The notes beneath the pieces are model-generated. The model did not search any database, had not been told where the DNA came from, and saw only the letters and a program-made list of their open reading frames with translations. A program made the position numbers and the translations under genes. Shown in pieces: positions 33,241 through 35,644 of a stretch of DNA of 35,644 nucleotides. The stretch is from Phoronis australis (lineage: Eukaryota > Animalia > Phoronida): contig NMRA01000008.1 of assembly GCA_002633005.1 (NCBI GenBank), positions 1,032,880 through 1,068,523 of the forward strand, read 5' to 3'. Every line of letters starts with the position of its first letter. Position 1 is the stretch's first letter.

Positions 33241-35255
33241 TCAAGCGTTTGGATTTCGAGTAGCCGTGAAGCGCTACGCAATGGTTTGTTTATTTTCGTG
33301 GTTGTCTGGGGAAGAGGTCACGGAATTTAAAACGACTCAGTAACTGTGATGCCGATGAATCCTCAACGATTTTAAGAAATAGCAGAGCCTGCTTCTATTC
33401 CGCAGACATGGTTCCGGAAGTTCAAGCCAGAGAATTGGACGTGAGTGAGCTGCAACTTCAAGATTCAGTTTTACAAGAGTTCAAAATTGCTGTGGAATAT
33501 TGCTCTAATTTCGTTCCTTGTTATTTCTTTCAATTTTACTCTCTAACTTTGTGCTTGAGAAGGATGGGCATATCTTTCTGAATCAAATATAAAGTTCCTG
33601 TTTGTCATAAGTCGAGGTTGCCTTGTTTTCGGGATCACTTTATTTGTGCGTGTAGAGTAAGCTCAGAACTGTGGGCCTATTTACACCTGGGTTGAGTTCC
33701 GTAGACACAAGAATCTTGCGGGGGTAGCGTAAAAAACTGGCAATATCTCGTGAAGCCTTGTGTGGTCTTAACTTTTCGCAAGTTTTTTGCGTTTTCGGAG
33801 CCCATCTCGGGATTCACAAGCGTCATTGGTGTATATGCGTTTGCTTTTGATTGTCTACACGCGTATAATCGAACTTTTAAGTGGCAAAATGCAACGACAC
33901 GTTTCACTCGCACAAACTGAAAAAAACATTCCTTACTCAAACGAGAAGCGACTTCTGGGCTTGCTCAGAACAGGCAGTCCAATATTCCTCGAGATCATGA
34001 TCGGCGCATGCTCGGCGCTTGACATCAACTTTCACGCCGTGACAAGCCAACTTGTGGAACCAGGGCCCGAGGTTTAATGTTTGTACTGGAAATAGAACTC
34101 GAACTTATTTTTAATTAACATTTCCTAGTGTCTTGCGAACAAAAAATAAGTGGCTAGCATTTTGTGTTCGAGTTGTAAATTACTCTTTACTCGGCTGGCT
34201 GTCAAATGACCACAGCTCTAAGCTTAAGTGCGAGTCCTAACTCGAACTATCGAGTTGTTACTGACGCGTTTGGACCTCGAATCTAGGTGACGTCCAGGGC
34301 GAACATGCAGTAGGCAGCTGTGTAAACCACGATATATTCGAGCACACGAAATGGGCCCTACACTTGAACTTGTTCCGAAGTATATTGAAAAGGAAATGTC
34401 ACGATTTCAGTCCAATTCGCTTTCGAGTCCCTGGTCTCAATCAATAATGAATCGCCAGTAATTTACTAAGGAACAATGTAAGACTAATTTCATTACGATA
34501 ACAGATGAATCGCGTCAAAGTGTACAATATTTACATTTTACCAGGAAGAGAATTGTGTGATAAACTGAGAAGAATGCGTTAAAAGACGAGATTTCAGTAA
34601 CATATTCTAATATATTATTTGTGCCAAACATTGGTAAATATGAAACATTATAAGAGCGTATTAAACCATTATATGTTCTTGTTGTGACAAACACGGAAGT
34701 TATTGCTACCCGCAGTTCGTCTGTCGACGTCACCCTTTTCAATTGTTTCCTGGAACAGTTGCAATTTTTTTTTCAAATGAATTCCGTCTTCAAGGTTTTT
34801 ATATACATGATTTTTTCCTAGAAGTATTCGGTACACAAAATTTCTTTAAGACGAGTCCATTTCAAGAATAGATCCAGACTTCCGGAACGTGGGCGTTTTC
34901 TGGTCGTGAGATGGGACTGACGCTGAGATTCTCGGTATTGTAAGAGGCGGAAAGACAGAAATATTACCGTAATCTACTTGTTGGAAACTGTCATTGCATT
35001 AATAGAACATTATTGTTTTTATGTCCGAAAAAGCATTTTGGGCTTACTGTTGAATGGATATTATATTTCCAAAAACTCAATTTCTGAATTACTATTGTTG
35101 ACCAGAGAGATACAAAACAATAACATCCGTTGTGCTTTTTGTGTCTTTATTACAAATCGCCAGTTCTCGCTGTCTGCCGGAAATTTGATGAAATCAATGA
35201 GGCCTGTGGCTTTTCCAGTTAAATATGCTTAAAATATCCCAATAAATAGTTAGAT

Positions 35256-35325
35256 GGATTTAACTCAACCAGAAAAACGTTGGGCTGCGATGCAAGAATT
35301 TTAGGTTCGATTCAGCGCTGCGAAT
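35256..35325 (+). mobile_element. Degenerate tRNA-derived SINE head, probably the same family as 10714-10783
   Basis: GATTTAACTCAACCAGAAAAACGTT...GGTTCGATTC aligns by eye with GATTTAGCTCCGCTAGCAAAGCGTT...GGTTCAAATC. Confidence 0.4.
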
Positions 35326-35510
35326 ATCTGAAAATGATTTTTCTCGCCGATGTCGAATGCCCGTTTCAAATTAACATTTTATTAACAAGCACTTAGAAAC
35401 AATTAAGTTTCGTGTTCTCACTCAATTTTAAATCACGTATATAGAGAAGGGACAGCCGTATCGAATTGAACCAAAAAGTAACACGTAAACACAAACTTCA
35501 AGACCACTGG

Positions 35511-35644
35511 CAGTGGCGGATCTAGGATATCACAAGGGGGGGGCCCAACATTTTGTCCGGCTGGAAGCATTTGCGCAAACTGAACCACGATTGTAAATGC
35601 GCATAGCACCGAATGGGGGGAGGTCGGGAGGGGGGTTTGCCCCC
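35511..35644. mobile_element. Left end of a related CAGTGGCGGATC MITE, cut by the window edge
   Basis: Begins CAGTGGCGGATCTAGGAT followed by G-runs as in families A and B. The right end and TSD are not visible. Confidence 0.65.

Noticed and set aside
33674-34360. Harbinger-like MITE with GGGCC ends and internal CTCGAAC repeats
   Set aside because: The terminal match is short and no TSD could be confirmed.

Overview
AT-rich, intron-containing animal genomic DNA. The gene families and repeat types suggest a lophotrochozoan or other marine invertebrate, but that is inference. Three protein-coding genes are well supported. (1) A minus-strand FADS6-type membrane desaturase with no cytochrome b5 domain (coding exons 4031-3324 and 1228-1049; the last exon was not found in the window). 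(2) A complete five-exon minus-strand ENPP4/5/6/7-type ectophosphodiesterase (18456-10312, 439 aa reconstructed by hand; exon 3 is missing from the ORF track). (3) An intronless plus-strand class A GPCR of the sex-peptide/MIP/myosuppressin-like group (31317-32477) that has lost three hallmark residues. Introns and intergenic DNA hold a decayed L1/Tx1-like LINE with a possible 5' inversion, five complete MITEs with exact 5-bp TSDs (hAT5-like) plus one cut by the window edge, a 7-bp-TSD P-like MITE, two long foldback elements, tRNA-derived SINE heads and a candidate spliced lncRNA/small-ORF gene. I see no prokaryotic-type system (CRISPR etc.) and cannot claim a wholly new biological system. The best leads are the atypical GPCR, the ENPP active-site variant, a splice-donor module shared upstream of two genes and the candidate small-ORF transcript.
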